DNA of 38,441 nt. It comes from Fibrobacterota bacterium (GTDB lineage: Bacteria > Fibrobacterota > Fibrobacteria > UBA11236). Each line of letters begins with the position of its first letter. Within the stretch, counting starts at the first letter, position 1. Of the stretch, positions 1 through 8,921 are shown piece by piece. The notes beneath the pieces are model-generated. The model was not told where the DNA came from. It saw only the letters and a program-made list of their open reading frames with translations, and ran no database searches. The position numbers and the translations under genes are program-made. The stretch is taken from positions 1-38,441 of the forward strand of contig JAYUVP010000113.1 in NCBI GenBank assembly GCA_043753995.1. The letters are read 5' to 3'.

Positions 1-232
1 AGGCCATCCCCAAGTTCACGGGATAATTCGGATCGGCGCTGAGATTAACGGCCTCGCCGTCGCGCATATGTGCCTTGAGGCCGCAGCCCGTGGAGCAATA
101 ACCGCAAACCGTGGTGGTGACGCTATCGGGTTTCAGGCGATCGGCCACCTGGCCCAAACCAAAATGGCCGGGGCTTTTCACCAATTCCCGCGTGAGCGGG
201 CCATCAAAGCTGCGTAGTCGTGTTTCTGACAT
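1..232 (-). CDS. nasA: Molybdopterin nitrate reductase catalytic subunit (NasA/NarB-like), 5' part only, runs off window edge
   Basis: Manual translation from ATG at 232: MSETRLRSFDGPLTRELVKSPGHFGLGQVADRLKPDSVTTTVCGYCSTGCGLKAHMRDGEAVNLSADPNYPVNLGMA. CxxCxxGC is the N-terminal 4Fe-4S motif of DMSO-reductase-family enzymes. No twin-arginine signal. Lies in a nitrate cluster. Confidence 0.85.
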   Translation of the reverse strand, partial: MSETRLRSFDGPLTRELVKSPGHFGLGQVADRLKPDSVTTTVCGYCSTGCGLKAHMRDGEAVNLSADPNYPVNLGMA

Positions 233-250
233 GGGCCGCCTTCGGGAGCC

Positions 251-2023
251 TTAGAAAGCTCCGGGCATGCGGGGAGCCGCTGCCGTGGTGAAGAATAAAT
301 GCCGTTCCAGAAAATCGGCAGCGAAATAGAGCAAAGCGTTCAAGGCCGCGAGTTGGGCCATTCCCAAGCCAGCCGAGTTTGTCCAGGCCAGCCATCCGGT
401 CAAAGCCAAAGCGGCGACGCCTAGGACCGTGCGCAATACGGCTATGCCCAATTGCGGCCCCTGGAGCAATCGCGCCGAGTGCTTCATGAGCACGGCCACT
501 CGGTCTTCTGCCGCCGCCGGGTCACGGGAAACGCGCAAGTGACGTAACAGGGAGGCTTCTACCATCCATTTGGCGGCATGAGCGCAGCCAGCCACGAGGA
601 GAAGCGTGCCGATTCCTTGGCTATGGCCCATGGCGATGAGGACGGCTGCCGCCAAGGCGGGTCCGGTGGCTAAGCTGGTGAGGACAAATCGCAAGGCGGT
701 GGCGCCTCGATGCCACATGGCACGTGGCGTGTCGATATAAAGCATGGCGGAAGCGCCCACCGCAGCAAGGGCAACGATTCCTACGGCGATATCAAGCAGT
801 ATGGACGGAAATCCACCCAGCCAGGCGCTGAAAAAAGCGGGGCTTATGGATCGGGGTAGGGGAAGGCTTGCTGCCCAGGTATGCCAAGGCCCGCCATCAC
901 CAATCAAGCTGAGCGCAGCGGCCGTGGCGGAAACCCCAACGAAGGCCCCGAAGACGATGACTTCGCGGCTGAACCAAGACTTGCGCCAATTCATCCAGGC
1001 TTTCCACGCCAGGTGCGGGCGGCCCAAATGGGTGAGGCCTACCAGCAAGGCCATCTTCATGGTCAGGGCCGATAGCAAGGGTAAAAGCCAAGGAGAGGTA
1101 TCCATGCGGTGATCGAGGAAATATTTCCAAGCAAGACCCGCCCAGGCCAAGCCGAAGGCGACCTGGCTTATCACCAGCAAGGCAGCCAGGGGGCCATGCG
1201 CCGCCTCGGGCTTGAGCTTGCCGACATCGGCGGCGCGCAAGGTTTTGGGCAGAGGCTGCGAGGAAATAAAGCGCGTGGTGGGACGGCTATGCTTCGGGTC
1301 GGGCGCTCCCGGCAAGGAGAAGCCAGACGTCGGAGCCTCGGACTTAGGCGTCAAGGTAATGACGGTGACCTTGATGGCTTTAGTGGGGCAGGCTTGCACG
1401 CAAGCCGGTGCCTCGCCTACGCGCAGACGATCGACACAGAGATCGCATTTGCGTACGATGCCCTTGCCGTGATGAAATTTCGGCACGTCATAAGGGCATT
1501 TAAGAATGCAATACTCGCAGCCTATGCATTGATCGTCGAGATGTTTGACCACGCCCGTGTCGGGCTGTTTTTCATAGGCCAAAACCGGGCAACCTTCGGC
1601 GCAGAGGGGTTCTTGGCAATGATGGCAGGCCGTGGTGATATGCTGCGGGCCCTTCATGGCGGCGGGGTCGAGCAAGAGGCCGACATCTCGAAAGCTTTCG
1701 CCTTCGTCGTCATCGAGGCCATTCAAATTGTGACAAGCGGTGACGCAGGCCTTGCAGCCGCTGCAGCGATCGAGATTCACTTCGAAGGCATATTGCTCTC
1801 CCGGGCCGGGAGCGGCGAGAGGGAGCAATTCGCGATACCAATTCTCCAAGCTACCGGGCGTGGCTTCGGAATGCCAATTCGAAAATTTCTCGACGGCCGT
1901 CAAGGTGGCTTGGTCTTTCAGAGCCGAAGCGACGGCTTCGCCCAATAAGCCGGGGGCGAATTCGCGTAGGGAGGGAGGCGTGCTGGAAATCATGGCATCA
2001 GGCTCAATAAACGTCGCGTCCAT
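251..2023 (-). CDS. DmsB-type 4x[4Fe-4S] ferredoxin fused to DmsC/NrfD-like membrane anchor
   Basis: Four Cys clusters (CSGCKACVTAC, CHHCQEPLCAEGC, CIGCEYCILKC, KCDLC...PACVQAC), then a multi-TM domain with HLGRP and SWFSRE motifs typical of DmsC. Confidence 0.9.
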   Translation of the reverse strand: MDATFIEPDAMISSTPPSLREFAPGLLGEAVASALKDQATLTAVEKFSNWHSEATPGSLENWYRELLPLAAPGPGEQYAFEVNLDRCSGCKACVTACHNLNGLDDDEGESFRDVGLLLDPAAMKGPQHITTACHHCQEPLCAEGCPVLAYEKQPDTGVVKHLDDQCIGCEYCILKCPYDVPKFHHGKGIVRKCDLCVDRLRVGEAPACVQACPTKAIKVTVITLTPKSEAPTSGFSLPGAPDPKHSRPTTRFISSQPLPKTLRAADVGKLKPEAAHGPLAALLVISQVAFGLAWAGLAWKYFLDHRMDTSPWLLPLLSALTMKMALLVGLTHLGRPHLAWKAWMNWRKSWFSREVIVFGAFVGVSATAAALSLIGDGGPWHTWAASLPLPRSISPAFFSAWLGGFPSILLDIAVGIVALAAVGASAMLYIDTPRAMWHRGATALRFVLTSLATGPALAAAVLIAMGHSQGIGTLLLVAGCAHAAKWMVEASLLRHLRVSRDPAAAEDRVAVLMKHSARLLQGPQLGIAVLRTVLGVAALALTGWLAWTNSAGLGMAQLAALNALLYFAADFLERHLFFTTAAAPRMPGAF

Positions 2024-3899
2024 AGCGATGTTCTTTTTTCAGGCGCTCCACGTATTCCTTGGCTTGATCCGCTGTCTTTCCGCCAGCGATTTCGATCACT
2101 TTATGCAAAGCCGAGTCGACGTCCTTGGCCATGCGCTTAGCGTCGCCGCAGACATAGAAGCTTGCGCCGTCTTCGAGCCAGGCATACATTTCCTGAGCTT
2201 GCTCTAGCATGCGATCTTGCACATAAATCTTTTTTTCCTGATCGCGAGAAAAGGCCAGCGACAGCTTATTGAGAAAGCCGTCGGCCTCCATGTCGATGAA
2301 TTCCTCGGCATAGAGAAAATCAAAGGCGCGGCATTGATCGCCGAAGAAAAGCCAGTTACGGCCTTTGTCGCCCAAGGCGCGACGCTCTTGCAGAAAGGCG
2401 CGAAAAGGCGCGACGCCGGTACCAGGGCCCACCATGATGATGGGTTTTCCAGCATCATGCGGCAGGGTGAAATGCGATGTCGGCTGAACATAAACCGGCA
2501 CGGGCATGCCCAAAGGCACGCGCTCGGCGAGAAAAGTCGAGGTCACGCCGCGCCGTAGGCGACCATTCTGGCGCAAGCGCTGCACTCCGACGCATAAATG
2601 CACCTCGCCCGGATTTTCCAGGGGCGAAGAAGCGATGGAATAAAGGCGCGGTGCCAATTTGCTCAGCGATCCCACCACGTCTTGCAACGGAGGATGGCTA
2701 TGTGAAAAATCTTCCAGTACATCGAGGCAATCACGGGCCGCCAAATAATCCAAGGTGGCTTCACTTTGGGGCTCGACTACCAAGGCTTCGGCGCGCTTGC
2801 GTTCATTGGGATTGCGCGTGCCTGCGACGATGGCGCGCAATAAGGCTTCGCTTCCGCGCCGCAAGTCGAGCTTTTCCAAGAGGGCTTGGCGCAAGGTGGC
2901 GGACTCGCCGCCCACGGTAACCGCCTCGCTACCCAAGGCATTGAGCCTCAGGATAAAGCGATCGACGAGGTCATAGTCATTGCGCGGCATCACGCCCAGG
3001 GCATCGCCCACTTTATAAGACAGCCCGCTGCCCAGCAGGGAGAGGCTGAAATGGCGGGTGTCCTTGGCCGAACCCTTAGCATTCAGGGGATGGTTTTCGA
3101 GCAAGGCGGCGGGAAAGGGATGCTTGCGATCGTATTTGGGAGCCGTGCCTGCGGGGGCTGCGCTAGCCATTGGCTGGGAGCCATTGACTGCCGCGGAAGG
3201 CGTGGCCGCGCCCGTCGGCATTGCTTCGGAGATACCGGGATTTCCTTCACCGGCATGATTCTGCAATACCGTGGCCAGGTCGGTGAACCAAGTTTGTGCG
3301 GTGGCTTCAAAATCTGTATCACAGGCGACGACAGGCAAAAGCCGCTTGGCGCCGAGAGCGGCGAAGCGCTCGTCCAATTGCTTTCCCGCTTGGCAAAAGC
3401 GGCGATAACTGCGATCGCCCAAACCGAAGACGGCGAAATGCGTGGAGTCCAAACGAGGGGCTTGATCGCCTTTCAGGAAATCCCAAAAAGCCACGGCATG
3501 ATCGGGCATGTCGCCATCGCCCCAGGTCGAGCAAAGCAGGACAATGAATTTTTCGGCCGCAAAATCGAGATCCGCGTAGGCATCCATGCCCAGCACGCGT
3601 GGGGCCAAGGTGACCGGACCAGCGGCGCCTTTCAGCTTATCCGCAAATTGATGCGCCAAGCTTTCGGCATTGCCGCTTTGCGATCCGAAAAGCACCAGGA
3701 TTTGCGCCGTCGCTTTGGCGCTGGAGTTTGCCCTGGCGGTCGGCACGCCACCGGCATTGGGCATGCCCTGCGAGGGATTGCCGCCTTGCCAGCCATTTTG
3801 CAGCAAGGACACGTTTTGCATCCCGGCCAAAAAGCCATTCAGCCATGAGCGTTGTTCAACGGAAAATGGCGCATTATCAGGAATGATGGGGGAAATCAT
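2004..3899 (-). CDS. cysJ: CysJ-like diflavin (FMN/FAD/NADPH) reductase flavoprotein subunit
   Basis: Flavodoxin motifs FGSQSGNAE and STWGDGDMP; FNR motifs RLYSIASS, GPGTGVAPF, YVCGDAKRMA; C-terminal RDVY. Start placed at ATG 3899 (TTG 3914 possible). Confidence 0.9.
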   Translation of the reverse strand: MISPIIPDNAPFSVEQRSWLNGFLAGMQNVSLLQNGWQGGNPSQGMPNAGGVPTARANSSAKATAQILVLFGSQSGNAESLAHQFADKLKGAAGPVTLAPRVLGMDAYADLDFAAEKFIVLLCSTWGDGDMPDHAVAFWDFLKGDQAPRLDSTHFAVFGLGDRSYRRFCQAGKQLDERFAALGAKRLLPVVACDTDFEATAQTWFTDLATVLQNHAGEGNPGISEAMPTGAATPSAAVNGSQPMASAAPAGTAPKYDRKHPFPAALLENHPLNAKGSAKDTRHFSLSLLGSGLSYKVGDALGVMPRNDYDLVDRFILRLNALGSEAVTVGGESATLRQALLEKLDLRRGSEALLRAIVAGTRNPNERKRAEALVVEPQSEATLDYLAARDCLDVLEDFSHSHPPLQDVVGSLSKLAPRLYSIASSPLENPGEVHLCVGVQRLRQNGRLRRGVTSTFLAERVPLGMPVPVYVQPTSHFTLPHDAGKPIIMVGPGTGVAPFRAFLQERRALGDKGRNWLFFGDQCRAFDFLYAEEFIDMEADGFLNKLSLAFSRDQEKKIYVQDRMLEQAQEMYAWLEDGASFYVCGDAKRMAKDVDSALHKVIEIAGGKTADQAKEYVERLKKEHRYGRDVY

Positions 3900-3910
3900 G
3901 GTCTGGCTCT

Positions 3911-5830
3911 TCAAACTTCGGCCAAGGCCGCGGAGGTGGATTTGGCCAGGGCTTCGGCAGCCACGGGACTCAAGGCGGCAATCAAGGATTCATCGGAATG
4001 TCGAGCCGTGAAGTCCGTGAAGGTCTCGCCCGGACGGCGCGAGGAGACATAGGTGGCCAAAACCGCATGTAACACCTGGGTTACGGCGCTTTCCGGCACC
4101 GACTCGATGAGGGGTACGGCGATGCGGCCTTGATCCTGATATCCTCCGCCCACGAAGAAATGAAATCCGCCTTGCACACCTTTGGGGGTTTCGACCTTGG
4201 TGGCGATAAGCCCCAAGTCCCCGATGAAATGCTGGGCGCAGCTATGCCCGCAGCCTGTGACGTGAATGTTGACGGCGGCATCCTCCGGCAAGCTACCGGC
4301 GAGTTTGGCGGCGATGACGCGGGCCGTGCCCTTGGTGGCAGCTTGTCCGAATTTGCAGCCCTCGGCGCCCGTGCAGGCAACCAGACCTGCCACGATGGGA
4401 TCGGGAGCATGGCTGAGACCGAGCTTTTGCAAGCCTTCGAATACAGCGTCAAGCTTGGCCTCGGGCACATGGGGCAAGATCAGGTTTTGCCAAACCGTGA
4501 GACGCCATTCGCGCTGTCCGCAGGCGTCGGCGAGATCGGCAAGTCCATGTAATTGGGCTGAAGTCAGTCGTGCGGCGGGGACGGCGGCACCCACCCAGAA
4601 TAGGCCCTCTTGCTTTTGGGAATGAAAGCCAAGATGGGTTTTGCGACCTGAGGCGGGGGCGAAGGCGCAGCGATCCTTGGGGTAACGGCGCAGGGACCGG
4701 CCCAGTTCTTTTTCGGTGGCCGCCAAAAAGGCATCAAAGCCTTCGATGTCGAGCACATACTTGAGGCGGGCTTTTTTGCGATTGCCGCGGTCGCCCTTGG
4801 CAATATAGACCCGCACCATGGCCAAGGCCACATCGACGGTTTCGGCGGGCGTCAATAGCAAACCCGTGTCGCGGGCGAAATCCTTATGCCCCGAGATGCC
4901 GCCGAGGGCGCAGCGGAAGTAAATGCCTGCCGGCAAATCGCCATCGGCTTCAACGCGTACCGCGCGAAAGCCGATGTCATTCGTGTCTTCTAAGGCGGCG
5001 ATGCTGCCGCCGCCATCGAAGGCGATATTGAATTTGCGCGGCAGGCCATAACATTCGCGATTGTGCAAAATGGCATGATGGAGTTTTTTGCAAAGCGGTA
5101 AAACGTCGAAGAGTTCGTCCTTGTCGATGCCCGCGGTGGGATTACCGGTGACATTGCGGATATTGTCGGCGCCCGAACCGCGCGGAATGATGCCGCATTG
5201 ATGCAAATCAGTGAGCAAGGCCTCCATGAATTCAGGCTTGATCTCGCGAATCTGCAAATTGGCGCGGGTAGTGATATCGGCATGGCCGACCGCATAGCGC
5301 TCGGCGCAATCGGCGACCACTCGCATTTGCTGCGAAGACAGGACTCCGCAAGGAATGCGCATGCGGCACATCAAGCCGGCTTGCGCGGGCATCACATTAA
5401 AGAGCCCGTGGAATTTAAAGCGGAAAATGTCGGCGCCTTCGGGAGCTTGACCCAAGGCCGAAAGCTTGGCTATGGTATCCCAAGCCTCCAGGGGATTGCC
5501 TTCGAATTTGATTTGCTCTTCTTTAGATAGGCGTTTGCCTGCGGCGAGCCAGGCTTGCTGGGCGCGGTAGCCTATCGCCTCTTTACCGCCATAAGACGCG
5601 ACCGTGCCAGAACCGGGTTCCGGCGCAGCGCTTTTGCCGGGCTGGGAAGGCGAGGCACTGGCTGAAGTCGCAGGGCCTGCTCCGACCATGGCGCGCAGAA
5701 AACCATCGAGGTATTCCTTTTGCGTGTCGGAGAAGGCACCGGTGGCGCCATTATTGGGGTTGGAAAATGTGGGGTTTGCCGCAATAGCGGAAACCGTAGG
5801 CAATACAGGAGACGTCAACGTCTGGGCCAT
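3911..5830 (-). CDS. nirA: NirA-family siroheme/4Fe-4S nitrite reductase
   Basis: TTRANLQIR, GADNIRN and LPRKFNIA motifs; siroheme/Fe-S ligands CTGAEGC and GCGHSC; nitrate cluster context. Confidence 0.9.
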   Translation of the reverse strand: MAQTLTSPVLPTVSAIAANPTFSNPNNGATGAFSDTQKEYLDGFLRAMVGAGPATSASASPSQPGKSAAPEPGSGTVASYGGKEAIGYRAQQAWLAAGKRLSKEEQIKFEGNPLEAWDTIAKLSALGQAPEGADIFRFKFHGLFNVMPAQAGLMCRMRIPCGVLSSQQMRVVADCAERYAVGHADITTRANLQIREIKPEFMEALLTDLHQCGIIPRGSGADNIRNVTGNPTAGIDKDELFDVLPLCKKLHHAILHNRECYGLPRKFNIAFDGGGSIAALEDTNDIGFRAVRVEADGDLPAGIYFRCALGGISGHKDFARDTGLLLTPAETVDVALAMVRVYIAKGDRGNRKKARLKYVLDIEGFDAFLAATEKELGRSLRRYPKDRCAFAPASGRKTHLGFHSQKQEGLFWVGAAVPAARLTSAQLHGLADLADACGQREWRLTVWQNLILPHVPEAKLDAVFEGLQKLGLSHAPDPIVAGLVACTGAEGCKFGQAATKGTARVIAAKLAGSLPEDAAVNIHVTGCGHSCAQHFIGDLGLIATKVETPKGVQGGFHFFVGGGYQDQGRIAVPLIESVPESAVTQVLHAVLATYVSSRRPGETFTDFTARHSDESLIAALSPVAAEALAKSTSAALAEV

Positions 5831-5860
5831 GGCAACACCTTGGAAAGGCTAGGTGGAGTC

Positions 5861-5919
5861 CAAAGGCCCGGGCGGACCGGGAACCAGTTGGTGGCGCGAA
5901 TAAGCTTTCGGAAAAGCCT
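5861..5919 (-). promoter_or_regulatory. Conserved leader element, nirA copy (candidate cis-regulatory RNA)
   Basis: Minus strand AGGCTTT-TCCG-AAAGCTT hairpin, then CCACCA-ACTGG-TTC-CCGGT-CCGCCCGGGCCTTTGG; matches the nrtA and narK leaders. Confidence 0.55.
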
Positions 5920-5945
5920 AGACACGCAAGCCGAAATATTTCTAA

Positions 5946-5961
5946 TGCAATCCACGTACCA
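5946..5961 (-). promoter_or_regulatory. sigma54 (-24/-12) promoter of the nirA operon
   Basis: Minus strand TGGTACG-TGGA-TTGCA vs consensus TGGCACG-N4-TTGCW; GG-N10-GC spacing exact. Confidence 0.85.
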
Positions 5962-6056
5962 AGAATTTTTTTAGGAGCTCGGAGCATCAAAACGCAAATT
6001 GGGCGAAATTTCGCAGGCTTTGACTTCTTTCGAACAAAACAATCGAGGGTGATTTT

Positions 6057-6097
6057 TGACAATGGCAGTCTTTGTCATATGATGGGTGTGAGTGTCA
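6057..6097. promoter_or_regulatory. Putative upstream activator sites (TGACA/TGTCA half-sites)
   Basis: TGACA 6057, TGTCA 6073, TGTCA 6093; about 95-135 bp upstream of the nirA sigma54 promoter. Confidence 0.4.
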
Positions 6098-6210
6098 ATT
6101 GTTGCGGCTTTGATACGTGGCGGGCTTTTCCCACGATTCGATTGATGAGCTATTCATCCATGTGGTTAAATCAGAGTCAGGGCGCGGGCTTTGCGGTCCC
6201 ACTATAAAGA

Positions 6211-7323
6211 ATGGCTTTGAATGAACTTTTGCAAATCGGCTTTATTCCCCTGGCCGATTGCGCACCCCTGGTGGTGGCTCATGAATTAGGGTTGTTCGAA
6301 GCGCATGGCCTCAAGGTCGAGCTCCGCAAAGCCAATGGCTGGGACCAATTGGTGGCTCGCCTTGCGGCGGGTGAGGTCGATGCCGCGCATATGCTTATCA
6401 CTCTGGTCTTGGCGCACAATGTTGCGCCCGGCGGGTGGCAAGAGCCTTTTGCTTATGCAACATGTCTCTGTCAGCATGGCAATGGCATCACCTTAAGCAA
6501 TGCCCTGTGGCGCGCGGGAGTGCGCGATGCTTTGGGTATTGCCACCTACCTTGAGCAGAATCCCGAAAAAGTTTTACGGCTCGGCGTTGTCCATCCCCGC
6601 AGCACCCATGAGTATTTATTTCGCAATTGGTTATTGCGTGGCGGCTTGACGCCAGGCAAGCGGATTGAGTTTGTGCATGTGCCGCCACCCGAAATGGTGC
6701 GCCGCTTACGCACGGCGGAAATCGATGGATATTGCGTGGGCGAGCCTTGGAATCAAAGGGCCGTCACCTCCAAGCTTGGGTATTTAGTGGCGCTTAGCAC
6801 CGACCTTTTGCCGCCCATGAATGAAAAGGTTTTGGCCGTCCGCAAAAATTGGCACGAAAGTCATGCTGAAAGCCATGCCAACCTCCTACGCTGCATTTTG
6901 GAGGCGGCGGTTTGGTTAGGCGATCCCGAACATCGCGAACAGGCTGTGGATTGGATTGCTTCGAAGCGCTATGTGAATAGCACCAAGGAGCCCATCAAAG
7001 CCGCCTTGTCAGGGGAGTTATTGGCGGGAGGCGGACGGATTCTGCATTCCAAAGGCTTTTTGAGGTTTTCCGGTGAGGGAGCCAATTACCCCGATGCGAA
7101 TCATGCGCGTTACTATGCTCAGCGCATGTGGGAAGAGGGTCATTTCAGCTCGGATGATTTGCAAAGACTCGACATGGAAAATATTTGCCTCGATACCTTT
7201 TTCGCCAAGTCAGTCGAGAGCTTGCCCAGAATCGATGGACAGGCTTGGGTGCCTCCACAATCCCAACTCGGCTATGCTGAATTCTTGGATGAATTTCCAA
7301 ATGGGTCTAAGTCAAAAGGATGA
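6211..7323 (+). CDS. nasS: NasS-like cytoplasmic nitrate/nitrite sensor (CmpA/NrtA fold, no signal peptide)
   Basis: GFIPLADCAPL, DAAHML, PPPEMV and GYCVGEPWN motifs; starts directly at the binding domain with no export signal; divergent from nirA. Confidence 0.75.
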   Translation: MALNELLQIGFIPLADCAPLVVAHELGLFEAHGLKVELRKANGWDQLVARLAAGEVDAAHMLITLVLAHNVAPGGWQEPFAYATCLCQHGNGITLSNALWRAGVRDALGIATYLEQNPEKVLRLGVVHPRSTHEYLFRNWLLRGGLTPGKRIEFVHVPPPEMVRRLRTAEIDGYCVGEPWNQRAVTSKLGYLVALSTDLLPPMNEKVLAVRKNWHESHAESHANLLRCILEAAVWLGDPEHREQAVDWIASKRYVNSTKEPIKAALSGELLAGGGRILHSKGFLRFSGEGANYPDANHARYYAQRMWEEGHFSSDDLQRLDMENICLDTFFAKSVESLPRIDGQAWVPPQSQLGYAEFLDEFPNGSKSKG

Positions 7324-7363
7324 CGCTCATGGCATATAGGGTCCCGCTTTGAAGCCATTTGGT

Positions 7364-7426
7364 TGACAGAGGATTTGTCAATGCATGTCATGCCATTGCT
7401 CATACAAAAAATGACATGTTATGACG
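7364..7426. promoter_or_regulatory. Putative upstream activator sites (TGACA repeats)
   Basis: TGACA 7364, TGTCA 7376 and 7386, TGACA 7412, TGACG 7422; two pairs with 10-bp period. Confidence 0.45.
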
Positions 7427-7507
7427 TAGCACCCTTGATACCTCTTAGATGTGGCGAAAAACGCGTCACTTTGCTGGCTAGTCAAAAAAAAGTCTAGACA
7501 GTTTCAT

Positions 7508-7523
7508 TGGTACGTTGATTGCT
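7508..7523 (+). promoter_or_regulatory. sigma54 promoter of narK operon
   Basis: TGGTACG-TTGA-TTGCT; GG-N10-GC exact. Confidence 0.85.
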
Positions 7524-7536
7524 CCTTTAATAATTT

Positions 7537-7573
7537 GGTCCTCCAGCCATTGCAATGTTTCCGGTCCGTCCGG
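7537..7573 (+). promoter_or_regulatory. Conserved leader element, narK copy
   Basis: GG-T-CCTCCA-GCC...CCGGTCCGTCCGG; 13-mer identical to the nrtA copy. Confidence 0.5.
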
Positions 7574-7706
7574 TTCTCTGGCCACGCGAGATCGAAGCAG
7601 GCGAGTCTAGCCGACTCGCGCGCTCGGCAGCGTAGTCACCTGATCCGGATATTTTGATCCTTGGTTCGGAGCTAGCCGTGCGTTTCCACCTTTTTGGGGA
7701 TACGCC

Positions 7707-8921
7707 ATGCAAATCAAAGATTTTATGAAAGCCGGCCACCCGCCTACGCTTTTTTCCGCCTTTCTCTACTTCGACATGAGCTTCATGGTCTGGGTGCTGC
7801 TCGGGCCTCTCGGCATTTTCATTGCCAAGGACTTGGGCCTGTCGCCTGCGCAAAAAGGATTCATGGTGGCCTTACCGGTTTTATCCGGCGCCTTTTTCCG
7901 TTTCTTTCTTGGTTTGTTGGTGGATCGAATCGGAGCTAAGCGCGCTGGCCTGCTGGCGCAAGTCATAGTCATTGCCGCGCTGGCTTGGGCCTATTTAGCC
8001 CATGTCGACACCTTGTCGCAAATTTGGGTCTTGGGCATTTTCCTCGGCGTCGCCGGAGCCTCTTTCGCTGTCGCCTTGCCCCTGGCTTCGCGTTGGTATC
8101 CCCCTGAAGCCCAAGGTTTGGCCATGGGCATTGCAGGCGCGGGTAATTCCGGTACGGTTTTCAGCGCATTGTTTGGGCCAGTACTCGCCCAGCACTTCGG
8201 TTGGAATGCCGTTTTCGGAATCGTTCTTATTCCCCTGGTACTGACCTTAGGCCTTTATACCATCATGGCCAAGGACAGCCCCGATGTGCCGCCCCCGAAA
8301 AAGCTTCATCAATATTTGACCGTCTTGCGCGACGCGGATACTTGGTGGTTCATGTTTTTCTATTGCGTCACATTTGGTGGTTTTGTCGGACTTTCCTCCA
8401 GCCTAGTGATTTATTTCAATTCGCAATTTGGCGTGAAGCCGGCCGTCGCGGGTTATTTGACGGCGGCCTGCGTATTCGCGGGTTCCTTATTCCGCCCTAT
8501 CGGCGGTAAAGTGGCAGATCAAATCGGCGGTATACGCTCCCTGCAATTCATGTATGGCTGCGTCGCCACCGCCATGTTGGGCATTGTGGTGTTCTCGACC
8601 CAGCTTATCCCTTCCTTGCTTTTCTTTATTTTCGGCATGATGGCTTTGGGCATGGGCAATGGCGCGGTTTTCCAATTGATTCCTCAGCGCTTTCGCAAGG
8701 AAATCGGCGTGCTCACCGGCCTGGTTGGCATGGCGGGCGGTATCGGTGGCTTTTATCTCGCCACTTCCATTGGCTTGTCTAAGCAATATACCGGTGACTA
8801 TCGAGCGGGCTTTCTCATCTTCGGCCTTTTGGGTCTGCTGGCCTTGGCTGGACTCTTGGGCGTTAAGCGCCGTTGGCGTAGCACCTGGGGATCGCCCTTG
8901 GTGACGACGGCGAAGATCTAA
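7707..8921 (+). CDS. narK: NarK/NasA-family MFS nitrate/nitrite transporter
   Basis: About 12 TM segments; nitrate signatures GLAMGIAGAGNSG and GMGNGAVFQL...GMAGGIGGF; conserved Arg in FFRF and FRPIGG. Confidence 0.93.
   Translation: MQIKDFMKAGHPPTLFSAFLYFDMSFMVWVLLGPLGIFIAKDLGLSPAQKGFMVALPVLSGAFFRFFLGLLVDRIGAKRAGLLAQVIVIAALAWAYLAHVDTLSQIWVLGIFLGVAGASFAVALPLASRWYPPEAQGLAMGIAGAGNSGTVFSALFGPVLAQHFGWNAVFGIVLIPLVLTLGLYTIMAKDSPDVPPPKKLHQYLTVLRDADTWWFMFFYCVTFGGFVGLSSSLVIYFNSQFGVKPAVAGYLTAACVFAGSLFRPIGGKVADQIGGIRSLQFMYGCVATAMLGIVVFSTQLIPSLLFFIFGMMALGMGNGAVFQLIPQRFRKEIGVLTGLVGMAGGIGGFYLATSIGLSKQYTGDYRAGFLIFGLLGLLALAGLLGVKRRWRSTWGSPLVTTAKI

Noticed and set aside
1109..3848. Long plus-strand ORFs (279 aa, 320 aa) antisense to the reductase genes
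   Set aside because: Typical antisense shadows of GC-rich coding sequence, with no motifs
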